A DNA stretch of 64,000 nt from a virus. The notes under the pieces were generated by a model, which saw only the letters and a list, made by a program, of their open reading frames with translations, had not been told where the DNA came from and ran no database searches. Made by a program: the position numbers and the translations under genes. The stretch's first letter is position 1; each line of letters starts with the position of its first letter. The DNA is taken from the IMG/VR virus record IMGVR_UViG_3300035670_000040, positions 66,821 through 130,820 of that record; one strand, 5' to 3'. Below are positions 9,354 through 17,975 of the stretch, piece by piece.

Positions 9354-9740
9354 ATGAATAAACTTACTCTTAATGGACTTAAGTCTTTGTGTGAAACACA
9401 TTTGGTTGAATTAAAATTTATAAGGAGAAATAAAACATCTTCCAATATTCCAACCAGAAGAATGTTATGCACAAGAGATATGAGAATTTTGAATTCAGAA
9501 ATTGGTAAACTAACATTTAATTTTGTAGTCCCTACAAAAGCAGCACCATACAATACAGTTTCAAAAAATCTTCTTACGGTTTTTGATATTATTTTCCAAG
9601 ATTGGAGAAATATACCAGTAGAAAATACAATGGTTGTTATGGCTGTTCCAACAAATCCACAAAAATCATTTTGGGAATATTTTGACAAAGTATTAAGAAA
9701 CATGTCCAAAAAAGAAAAACAAAACTTTATAATAAAATGA
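9354..9740 (+). CDS. SH3/WYL_2-like (DUF2693) protein
   Basis: VELKFIRR...RRMLCT...VFDI...WRNI pattern. Confidence 0.6.
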   Translation: MNKLTLNGLKSLCETHLVELKFIRRNKTSSNIPTRRMLCTRDMRILNSEIGKLTFNFVVPTKAAPYNTVSKNLLTVFDIIFQDWRNIPVENTMVVMAVPTNPQKSFWEYFDKVLRNMSKKEKQNFIIK

Positions 9741-10102
9741 ATATTTCATCTTCTCTTTTAGAAAAAACATGTAGTTCGTTGTTGCAACGAAATGTTAATT
9801 TTATTATTAAAAATAAAATAATAAAAAAAGGAAAGATTGAATTATTTGTTCAAAGAAATTTTTATTTAGTTTTTCATATTTTAACAGAAAGCAAAAAAAA
9901 GGAAAAATTTGAAATACCTATACCATTTTCATTAGAAAATCACGAAGAAGATGGTTTAGTTTATTTTGATTATAGATTTAAAACAATTTCAAAATATTAT
10001 CCAGAAAGCTTAGATGTTTTACAAAAAATATTTGACAAAAATAAAAAAAATAATAAATTTGGAGATTCTATCTTAATGATAGAAACAATAAAACATGAAT
10101 AA
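9737..10102 (+). CDS. Hypothetical protein
   Basis: 121-aa ORF overlapping its neighbours in the operon. Confidence 0.7.
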   Translation: MNISSSLLEKTCSSLLQRNVNFIIKNKIIKKGKIELFVQRNFYLVFHILTESKKKEKFEIPIPFSLENHEEDGLVYFDYRFKTISKYYPESLDVLQKIFDKNKKNNKFGDSILMIETIKHE

Positions 10103-10343
10103 AGAACCGTTAATTTGTTATAATTTGTTTAATTCAAATTATTATAGTATTTTTGCAGATGATTTTAAACTATTATCAGAAGGACAAATTCCACTGAAGA
10201 AAAAACCATCATCTTCTTGCAAGAAATGTTATGGAAGAGGCTATTCTGGAAAAAATACAACAGATTTTACTTATATACCATGTTCTTGCTTGAAAAAACA
10301 AATAAATGTAGATATCCTCTTAACAAGGAATGCAAACATTTAA
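10095..10343 (+). CDS. Small zinc-finger protein
   Basis: CKKCYGRG...PCSC (DnaJ-like CxxCxGxG). Confidence 0.65.
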   Translation: MNKEPLICYNLFNSNYYSIFADDFKLLSEGQIPLKKKPSSSCKKCYGRGYSGKNTTDFTYIPCSCLKKQINVDILLTRNANI

Positions 10344-11997
10344 AGAATCAGTATTTTTAAAATTTTTTCCAAAAAATTCTAAACCAAGACAATCTCAAAT
10401 TGATGCTTTTGATAAAATAGAAAAAGCATGGAATTCTGATAAAAAATATGTTATAGCCTGTTTACCAACAGGGATAGGAAAAAGTCATATAGCAACCTCA
10501 ATAGCTAACTCCTCAAAAGAAATAGATCAATCGAGGAAAGATGATATAAAAAACTATGAATTATACAGAATGGATTCTAGTGGGAATTACTCATACGATG
10601 AAAAGTATGTAAATCATCCCAATTATGGTTCTTTTATATTAACTAAAACAAAATCTTTACAAGACCAATATCAACATATTTTTAATGATATCCATGTCTT
10701 TAAGGGTAAAAACAATTATCAATGTCAGGTTGACTTATCTCAAACTACTGAATTTGCTCCATGTGTATACTCTAGAAAGGTAAAAGATTCATGTTTTGAT
10801 TCTTGTATATGTCCATATTATGAGGCAAAAAATAAAGCAATATATTCAAATGTCTCTGTTTTAAATTATAAAAGTTTTTTTAACTTAAGACCTTTTTTGC
10901 AAAAAAGAGAATTTTTTATATGTGACGAAGCAGACGGTATAGAAAATGAACTAGTATCTCATTTTACACTAGAAATAAATTATTCTTTTCTTAAAAGTTG
11001 TGGAATATCTTTCACCAAAATAAAAGAAGATAATATAGAAAAGGTAAGAGTTTGGATTATTGATATTTTTTCTCAAGTAGAAGATGAATTAGAAAAGTTA
11101 AAGAAAAAATCTTTAACTTTATCTAAAAAATCTGAAATGGGTGATTTATACATACATCAACTTAATCAAATAAGCAAATTGTCGAAAATATATTCATCAC
11201 TAAAAAACACTATAGAGAACTGGTATGAATGCAATTATCTTATAGAAGAGATGAAAACAGACAAAATTGTTCTTGTTCCTTATAATATAAGGCAATTATT
11301 TAAATATATATTTGGTTCTTCTGATAAGGTTTTATTAATGTCAGCAACATTAAGCAATCATAAACAATTCGCTAAAACAATGGGAATAGAAGAATCTGAA
11401 TATGAATATATAGAACTACAATCTCCATTTGATTCAAAAAAATCTCCAATATATTGTTCAAGTATTTTTAACCTGTCTTATAAAAACAATAATAAAGATT
11501 TGGATAAAATGTTAAATGCGTGTCAGGAAATATGTAAATCACACAAAGATTATAAAGGACTAATTCATACTCATACAAATGAAATCACTAAAAAACTTTA
11601 TTCTGTATTGAAAGATGATCCTAGATTTCTATTTAAAATAGAGGGTGTATCAAATGAAGATATTTTAAAACTTCATAAAGAAAGTAAAAACGCATCTATT
11701 TTAGTTAGTCCATCATTAGATACAGGAATAAGTTTGGACGGAGACTTGGGTAGATTTCAAATTGTTTTGAAAGCCCCGTTTCTTCCTTTAAGCTCAAAAA
11801 GAATAAAAAGAAAATTTGAATCTGACCCAGATCAATATATGTTTTATATGCTTAATGCATTGATACAAATGTCTGGTAGATGTACAAGATCTAAAGACGA
11901 TTATTCTATTACATATATACTTGATGGTAATGCAACAAAAGCTATTAAAAAATATAAAAACACTTTACCGAAACACTTTTTAAGTAGAATACACTAA
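10330..11997 (+). CDS. DinG/XPD-family SF2 helicase with Fe-S cysteines
   Basis: PRQSQ, PTGIGKS, Cys cluster ending CPYY, DEAD, SAT, GISL, QMSGRCTRS. Confidence 0.9.
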   Translation: MQTFKESVFLKFFPKNSKPRQSQIDAFDKIEKAWNSDKKYVIACLPTGIGKSHIATSIANSSKEIDQSRKDDIKNYELYRMDSSGNYSYDEKYVNHPNYGSFILTKTKSLQDQYQHIFNDIHVFKGKNNYQCQVDLSQTTEFAPCVYSRKVKDSCFDSCICPYYEAKNKAIYSNVSVLNYKSFFNLRPFLQKREFFICDEADGIENELVSHFTLEINYSFLKSCGISFTKIKEDNIEKVRVWIIDIFSQVEDELEKLKKKSLTLSKKSEMGDLYIHQLNQISKLSKIYSSLKNTIENWYECNYLIEEMKTDKIVLVPYNIRQLFKYIFGSSDKVLLMSATLSNHKQFAKTMGIEESEYEYIELQSPFDSKKSPIYCSSIFNLSYKNNNKDLDKMLNACQEICKSHKDYKGLIHTHTNEITKKLYSVLKDDPRFLFKIEGVSNEDILKLHKESKNASILVSPSLDTGISLDGDLGRFQIVLKAPFLPLSSKRIKRKFESDPDQYMFYMLNALIQMSGRCTRSKDDYSITYILDGNATKAIKKYKNTLPKHFLSRIH

Positions 11998-12005
11998 ATA
12001 TATAA

Positions 12006-13193
12006 GTGAAAAGTTGGTCTTATAATAAAGAAATTCAAACCCTTGTTGAACAATTTGCTGGAGCGTTTAACGATATAATAATTAAACGATTTGATAAAGA
12101 TGATAATTTCAGCAATCAACAAAAGGTTAAATTTGTATATGCTCCTAAACAAAGAGTATTAGAAAGCCTAAGAACACCCGCACCAGGTGGGTTAACGGTT
12201 CCAGCAATAGCTATCAACATAGCATCGTTACAAAGAGATGGTTCAAGAGTTTTTAATAAAAATAATGGGTTTGAACTTGAAGCAAAATCGCTATATGGTA
12301 GAGATTTAGATTTTGTAAAATTTATAAGACAACCAGTTCCTATTAATATAGGAATAAACATGTCTATTATAACAAAATATCAAACAGACATGGATCAAAT
12401 TTTGTCAAATTTTATCCCATATTGTGATTCTTATATTATCATTTCATGGAAAATGCCTATTGGATATAATAAAGATTATGAAATAAGAACAGAAATACTT
12501 TGGTCTGGAACAGTAAATTTAGTATATCCTACAGATTTACCACCATCACAATCATTTAGAATAACAGCAGACACATCATTTACTATAAAGGGTTGGTTGT
12601 TTAAAAGTACCCAATACAATGAAACTTACAAGAAAATTTATTACATAAATAGTGATTTTGTTGTCTCTAATGAGGATGACATTAATAGTTGTGATCTTAT
12701 AACAGATTTAGACCAATATCAAACTTCCAGAATCAGCATATCAGCAAGACCACATGTTGAATGGGTAAGTCCATTAACTATAACAAAAAATAATATAGAT
12801 TTTTATTATAATAACAGAGCAATTTATGTTGTTGGTAAATTCTTGTCATATACTAGAGCAGTATACATAAGTGCATCTAATAGTGGATTTATGGGACAAG
12901 AACCACAGCTATTAAGTCCTTTTGCTGGTTTAACTTCATTAGAACCACATTATCCTAGTTTCTATGGTTATCCTATATCTTCTTTTGAAATTTTGGATGA
13001 TGAGACATTAACAATTTCTTTACCATTCTCATCAATAAATACCGGAGGTTCAATAGATGTAATTGTTGAAAATGAAGCTGGCTATAGGAGTTTTATAAAA
13101 GAATCAACAGAAAAATACTTAACATATAGTAATGAAGTTTCTTCTTCTCTCTATATGCCTATATCTTTAAGCGGTATAAGGTTGGTTTTTTGA
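12006..13193 (+). CDS. gp15: Tail sheath terminator/completion protein, gp15-like, with C-terminal Ig-like extension
   Basis: FAGAFNDIII, YAPKQR, PVPINI, DMDQILSNFIPY, FTIKGWLF. TAAATA 5 nt before GTG. Confidence 0.85.
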   Translation: MKSWSYNKEIQTLVEQFAGAFNDIIIKRFDKDDNFSNQQKVKFVYAPKQRVLESLRTPAPGGLTVPAIAINIASLQRDGSRVFNKNNGFELEAKSLYGRDLDFVKFIRQPVPINIGINMSIITKYQTDMDQILSNFIPYCDSYIIISWKMPIGYNKDYEIRTEILWSGTVNLVYPTDLPPSQSFRITADTSFTIKGWLFKSTQYNETYKKIYYINSDFVVSNEDDINSCDLITDLDQYQTSRISISARPHVEWVSPLTITKNNIDFYYNNRAIYVVGKFLSYTRAVYISASNSGFMGQEPQLLSPFAGLTSLEPHYPSFYGYPISSFEILDDETLTISLPFSSINTGGSIDVIVENEAGYRSFIKESTEKYLTYSNEVSSSLYMPISLSGIRLVF

Positions 13194-13651
13194 TCATTTG
13201 TTTCTAGCATAGAGACAAGATATCTTACTTTATTACATAAAGACAATAATTCTTCGATTAGATTGTTTATTCCATTAAATGTCGATTTGACAAAATCATT
13301 CATTTCATCGTTCTTTATTGTTTTTTCTAAATTTTCTATTATATAGAAAAGATCATCTATTTGACTAGCCAAACATTTTGAATCGTTTACATTTTTTAAA
13401 CTAACCTCTGGACAAGAGACTGAAAAACATATATTTTGACTATTGGATACTCCTATTATTTCTTCCATTAATGAATCAAATAAAGAATCAAAATCTTCAT
13501 AAAATTTACCAACAAGTTTGTGAAAATTATAATCCTTTGAATACCAATGAAGAATTTTAAATGAAGTTAGGATATTACAAAGATACAAAGAAAAGTCATT
13601 TATATTATTTTCTTTTATTGTCATATTTTGTGAAATGTATGTGTTTATCAT
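13151..13651 (-). CDS. Ferritin/Dps-like four-helix protein (DUF5856-like)
   Basis: KILHW...YNFHKLVGKFYE...DSLMEE...NLIEELL...KVRYL, a Dps-like HW...H...D..E pattern. Confidence 0.75.
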   Translation of the reverse strand: MINTYISQNMTIKENNINDFSLYLCNILTSFKILHWYSKDYNFHKLVGKFYEDFDSLFDSLMEEIIGVSNSQNICFSVSCPEVSLKNVNDSKCLASQIDDLFYIIENLEKTIKNDEMNDFVKSTFNGINNLIEELLSLCNKVRYLVSMLETNDQKTNLIPLKDIGI

Positions 13652-14064
13652 TTTTTCTTATATATTATTATTTTAAATATGTAATCATCAATTTCTGTTG
13701 ATGATTCACTTAATATTTTGTATTCTGGAATAGAAACATTCACTTCTTCCATAACAAGTTCTTTTATTTCTTCATCAGATTGAATTACAATATCATTCTT
13801 TGGTTCTTTTTCTTCTTCTTTTAAATCAAAATACTTTTGAAGATCTTGTAATTTTTTGTCATAATTTTCAAAAAAAACCTTCCAAAATGGAATTGGAAAA
13901 ATATAATTTAATGCTTGTCTTCTTTTATCACAAGAAAAACATATTTCTTCAGATCCAGTTATTAATTTTGTTACTGGTAATATAAATTTACTATGAAGGG
14001 TACACGCAATAAAATCACCTAACCCCTCAGAATGTCTATATTGTAGATAAGGATTCTTGTTCAT
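13648..14064 (-). CDS. Small GLGD...CxxC protein
   Basis: GLGDFIACTLH...ICFSCDKRRQALN; possible C/H/C/C metal site. Confidence 0.65.
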   Translation of the reverse strand: MNKNPYLQYRHSEGLGDFIACTLHSKFILPVTKLITGSEEICFSCDKRRQALNYIFPIPFWKVFFENYDKKLQDLQKYFDLKEEEKEPKNDIVIQSDEEIKELVMEEVNVSIPEYKILSESSTEIDDYIFKIIIYKKK

Positions 14065-14275
14065 TTAATTTTTCTATTTCTGGAGAAATCGGCCAAACAA
14101 CCTCATTAGGTACTCTATATGTCTTTGTTATATCTCTTAATTTTAATCTGTATTCTTTCCATTTACGTTTTTCTTCATCAGACATATCGACATCATCAAA
14201 TTGTGTCCAATCAGATTGTTTCAAAAAATAATTTCTTATTTCTCTTATTGTATTCCATGACATGGTATTATTCAT
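14036..14275 (-). CDS. Phage tail (fibre) assembly chaperone
   Basis: IREIRNYFLKQSDWTQFDD...WKEYRLKLRDIT...VVWP is the Phage_tail_APC signature. Confidence 0.85.
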   Translation of the reverse strand: MNNTMSWNTIREIRNYFLKQSDWTQFDDVDMSDEEKRKWKEYRLKLRDITKTYRVPNEVVWPISPEIEKLNEQESLSTI

Positions 14276-14276
14276 A

Positions 14277-14852
14277 TTATTGTGTTTCTATAAGCCAAAG
14301 ATCCGAATCAATCAGACATTGTGAAGTATTAACTGTTTGTGTAAATCTTGCACTTATTTTAAAATATCCAGAAGATTGAGGAATAAAAGGAGTTATGAAT
14401 AGACAATTATTATTAGTAATAGTACTAGGATGATTTGATATAATAAGGTTTTGGTTTTCAAAAATAGTTATATCATCTTTACCCTTTGCAGCAGGCTTCC
14501 AAACCAGATCAAATACACAAATAACACTATTTTCTATTGGTGAACCACTTGTTCTATTACATGATATTTGTAAAATTCCATAAACATTTTTTAAAGAGTC
14601 ATTAAATGTTATTAACTCATTTGCATCTGTTTTAATATCTAAAGTATTATTTTTTATTGTAACATCCACCTTTTTACTTGCATTATATACGGTATTTTTT
14701 ACAATCAAACCATTATGAATGTTCTTTTTTAAAACATCTAATGATACTCTTCCTTCAGGTGAAATTTTTTCTTTATTTCTATTAGTTATAAAAAAATCAT
14801 TCTTAGTTATACTGCTTCTTATCGGTAAATCTCCAAAAGTTTTATTAGCCAT
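14277..14852 (-). CDS. Short tail fibre/adhesin-like protein
   Basis: N-terminal KTFGDLP (KISELP-like) domain, beta-rich C-terminus; directly upstream of the chaperone. Confidence 0.55.
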   Translation of the reverse strand: MANKTFGDLPIRSSITKNDFFITNRNKEKISPEGRVSLDVLKKNIHNGLIVKNTVYNASKKVDVTIKNNTLDIKTDANELITFNDSLKNVYGILQISCNRTSGSPIENSVICVFDLVWKPAAKGKDDITIFENQNLIISNHPSTITNNNCLFITPFIPQSSGYFKISARFTQTVNTSQCLIDSDLWLIETQ

Positions 14853-14886
14853 AACATTATTTATTTTTAAAATACAAAAAACAAGT

Positions 14887-16347
14887 TTATCCTAAAAGAT
14901 AGGTATCTCCTTTTTTTGTTGTTAAAGTATCACCGGAATCTGTTAAGATAGTTGTAGGAAACTGTTTTATCTCAAAAACAGTTGGAACGGTTTTAGTATA
15001 TTTAGGAGCCTCGTCTACTGTTTTTATTGTTGTGTCTCCTTTTTTATAAGGTTTTCCTATAGAGGCATTCACAAATTCCCAAAAATTTTCTTTTTTTATT
15101 TTTGGTATAGAAGAATTTGGATTTTCAACAAACATTGTTTTTGTTTTTTTAATGTATTTTACCGTTACAATTTTTTCGATATATGTATCTTTTTTTGTAA
15201 ATTCTATATTAAATGTAGTATTTGAACTTGGTGCAATTAAATTCAATTCTCCTGATTTTATAATTTTAGTATCTTTTAAAGGTTTTATTAATTCTGGTTG
15301 TTCCCAATAATCGGTAACAATTTTTGCAGAAATACTATCATATCCAACCATATTATATAAAAAGAAAACAACATTTACAATAGTATCATCTTGATAATTT
15401 TTTGGATTATAATTTTTATTTAAAAATGTTAGAGCAAGATTATTTAATTTTGGATTGCTTAAATAACTTTCTAAAAATGAATCATTTATTTTTGTTATTT
15501 TTGACTTAAACTCGTTACTTTTGAATGTAATTATCTCTGATAATTTTTTAACAGTTGGTTTATATCTAGTAACATTTAATATTTGATTTGTATCAGACAA
15601 TTCTTTTTTTGTATCCACAGAATAAACTATTAAATTGTTATTATTTATATTGTTTTTATCAGAAACAAATGTTTTTCCAGAAACAGAATAACTTTTATTA
15701 TTAAAATCAGGAGTCAAATTTTTTGTTGATATACTAACATTTTTTGGAGCTATTATGCTATAATAAGGTATTCTATAAATATCAACTAAATTTCCATTTA
15801 GATAAAAGTTTCCGGCTATATCAATTGATAATGAAAAAAGAGAAGAATAATCAAATAAATCCCAAGAAATAAAATCACCAGAATTATCTCTTTTCACATA
15901 TATAATTTCTTTATTGGAAAGAGCATTTATTGCATCCGTTTTATTATCGTAAAGTTTATTAATAATTAATGCATCTGCTATTATATTTTTTTGTGTCTTT
16001 TCATCTGTAGAAGAATTTAAATTACCCAATTCACCAGCAGATACCAAAGTACTAACAAATCCATTAGTTGAATTAAATGGATAATTCACAGTAAACTCAA
16101 ATTTATTCCAATATGAACTTAGTAGAATAACTGTAGTTTCCATTTTTTCAAGAAAATCATAATTTATATCTTCTATTAAATCATCTAATTGAATCATTAA
16201 ATTTTCAAAATCATCTAAAAATTTTTCATTTTCAATTTTTTTACTTTGTAATTCACAATTTTCTAAATTAATATTTAAAAAATTATAGTTTATTTTTGAT
16301 AAACCATCACCAACATTATCTTCTAAACTTAAAGGAATTATATTCAT
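14887..16347 (-). CDS. Baseplate/fibre paralogue 3 (no Cys insert)
   Basis: DNVGDGLSKINYNF N-terminal motif, coiled coil, W...YP motif shared with the two upstream genes. Confidence 0.6.
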   Translation of the reverse strand: MNIIPLSLEDNVGDGLSKINYNFLNINLENCELQSKKIENEKFLDDFENLMIQLDDLIEDINYDFLEKMETTVILLSSYWNKFEFTVNYPFNSTNGFVSTLVSAGELGNLNSSTDEKTQKNIIADALIINKLYDNKTDAINALSNKEIIYVKRDNSGDFISWDLFDYSSLFSLSIDIAGNFYLNGNLVDIYRIPYYSIIAPKNVSISTKNLTPDFNNKSYSVSGKTFVSDKNNINNNNLIVYSVDTKKELSDTNQILNVTRYKPTVKKLSEIITFKSNEFKSKITKINDSFLESYLSNPKLNNLALTFLNKNYNPKNYQDDTIVNVVFFLYNMVGYDSISAKIVTDYWEQPELIKPLKDTKIIKSGELNLIAPSSNTTFNIEFTKKDTYIEKIVTVKYIKKTKTMFVENPNSSIPKIKKENFWEFVNASIGKPYKKGDTTIKTVDEAPKYTKTVPTVFEIKQFPTTILTDSGDTLTTKKGDTYLLG

Positions 16348-16349
16348 TT

Positions 16350-17114
16350 TTATGTTTTATCTACTTTCCAAATACAATCTTCTACTATAAATTTTACAAA
16401 TCCAAATTTGGTTTCAAAATATTCTTCAAATGATAATGATGTATTTGAATTTAAATATCTATTTGCTGTTTTACTTACAATATTATTATCTGAATAATTA
16501 CATGTTGCTGTTTCGGTAACTGAACAAGTAGCCTCTCCCGAACAATTTACACAACCACAACCATCAATACAAACACTTCCAGATCTCTTAGATACGCAGT
16601 TAACAGTAACATCTTTATCTGCTGTTTGGCATGGAATAGATGAAGTATTTAATTCTCCTTTTATATTCATAGTATCTTCTGCACATTTTATATAATATAT
16701 TATAGCTTTTTGACCCTCAATATAATTAGGATTAATTATTTTTTTTGGTTTTATTACATATGTGTTAGTAATCCAGTCGTGAATTATATTTTCTATATAA
16801 GTATTAGAAACTTGACGCAAATCATCTCTAAATTTTTCAGGATATATTGTTATTATAGGTTTTATATATTTGTCTTTATTATTTAAAATATCTTCCCATG
16901 TTTCCATATAAACAGGGTTTCTTTTTCTCATAAATTCATTAGCAAATTTTAATTTATCATAAATCAAAGAAATAGAATCTTTAAAATCATTAAATTCATT
17001 TAAAAAATCTTTTTGATTTTCTATTTGTGTTTTTAAAGAATTAAAAACATTATTTATTGTTTTAAGAGAGTTGCCAATATCTTGTGTTTTTTTTGGGAGA
17101 TTATATTTTTGCAT
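16350..17114 (-). CDS. Baseplate/fibre paralogue 2 with 8-Cys insert
   Basis: DIGNSLKTINNVF, coiled coil, PIITIYP, Cys-rich segment, C-terminal WKV. Confidence 0.6.
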   Translation of the reverse strand: MQKYNLPKKTQDIGNSLKTINNVFNSLKTQIENQKDFLNEFNDFKDSISLIYDKLKFANEFMRKRNPVYMETWEDILNNKDKYIKPIITIYPEKFRDDLRQVSNTYIENIIHDWITNTYVIKPKKIINPNYIEGQKAIIYYIKCAEDTMNIKGELNTSSIPCQTADKDVTVNCVSKRSGSVCIDGCGCVNCSGEATCSVTETATCNYSDNNIVSKTANRYLNSNTSLSFEEYFETKFGFVKFIVEDCIWKVDKT

Positions 17115-17117
17115 ATA

Positions 17118-17975
17118 TTAAACTCGTTTCCAACTATTGTTACTATTTATTGATAAATTAATCTTAGAATAACCAATAAAAAACTTGTCATTATTAAAAA
17201 TTATTTCTCTGGAAATCTTTAAATCCTGTCCTTTCCATAACTTTGGGTCTGTTCCAGATTTCCACCCTGAACAAGATCCAGTAGCACAATTTGAACTATG
17301 ATAGTACGCACCAGGACATCTTGAAAACATGTTTCCACAAACATGTTCGTCTTTTCCGCCCATTCTATTGCATGGCGCAAAACCACCAAAACCACACGGT
17401 TTACAGCAAACCTTGGTTGATTTCCCGCCTACTATGCATTTTTCATTATATGTTGCATTCATTTTATATTTTATAGGTATTTCTATATAAAAATAAATGC
17501 GTACTGATATATTTTTATATATACCATATTCATTTTCTGGAAATTTGCTATTAACCCAAGTTTCTATGTTATTAATAGTTTTTGCGGTTTCAACAGAATT
17601 AACCTCTGTTATTTCACCTGTTTTAATATTAAAAGACCCCCATTTTTCTATTGATAATATTTCTGGATAAAAAATCTCCATGGGAGTAGATATAACTGAC
17701 CATATATTTTTATATTGAGAATGTACTTGTTGAACATTTTCTAATGAAGAACTGAATTGAGAAACAAATGTCAAAAATTTTCTATATTTGTCTTTATTTT
17801 TCTCGTATTTGTCTTTTAAAATTTGAAACCTGTCAAATTGATCATTTGTCATTGCTAAATCATTAGAAAAAACATTAAAATTTTGAATGATAATATCAAA
17901 AGATTTATCTAAACAATAATCCTCAGATATTAATATCGCTTTCTGACAAGATGTATTTAAAAGATCAAAGTTCAT
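17118..17975 (-). CDS. Baseplate/fibre paralogue 1 with 9-Cys Gly-rich insert
   Basis: CLDKSFDIIIQNF, coiled coil, PMEIFYP, Cys-rich segment, C-terminal WKRV. Confidence 0.6.
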   Translation of the reverse strand: MNFDLLNTSCQKAILISEDYCLDKSFDIIIQNFNVFSNDLAMTNDQFDRFQILKDKYEKNKDKYRKFLTFVSQFSSSLENVQQVHSQYKNIWSVISTPMEIFYPEILSIEKWGSFNIKTGEITEVNSVETAKTINNIETWVNSKFPENEYGIYKNISVRIYFYIEIPIKYKMNATYNEKCIVGGKSTKVCCKPCGFGGFAPCNRMGGKDEHVCGNMFSRCPGAYYHSSNCATGSCSGWKSGTDPKLWKGQDLKISREIIFNNDKFFIGYSKINLSINSNNSWKRV

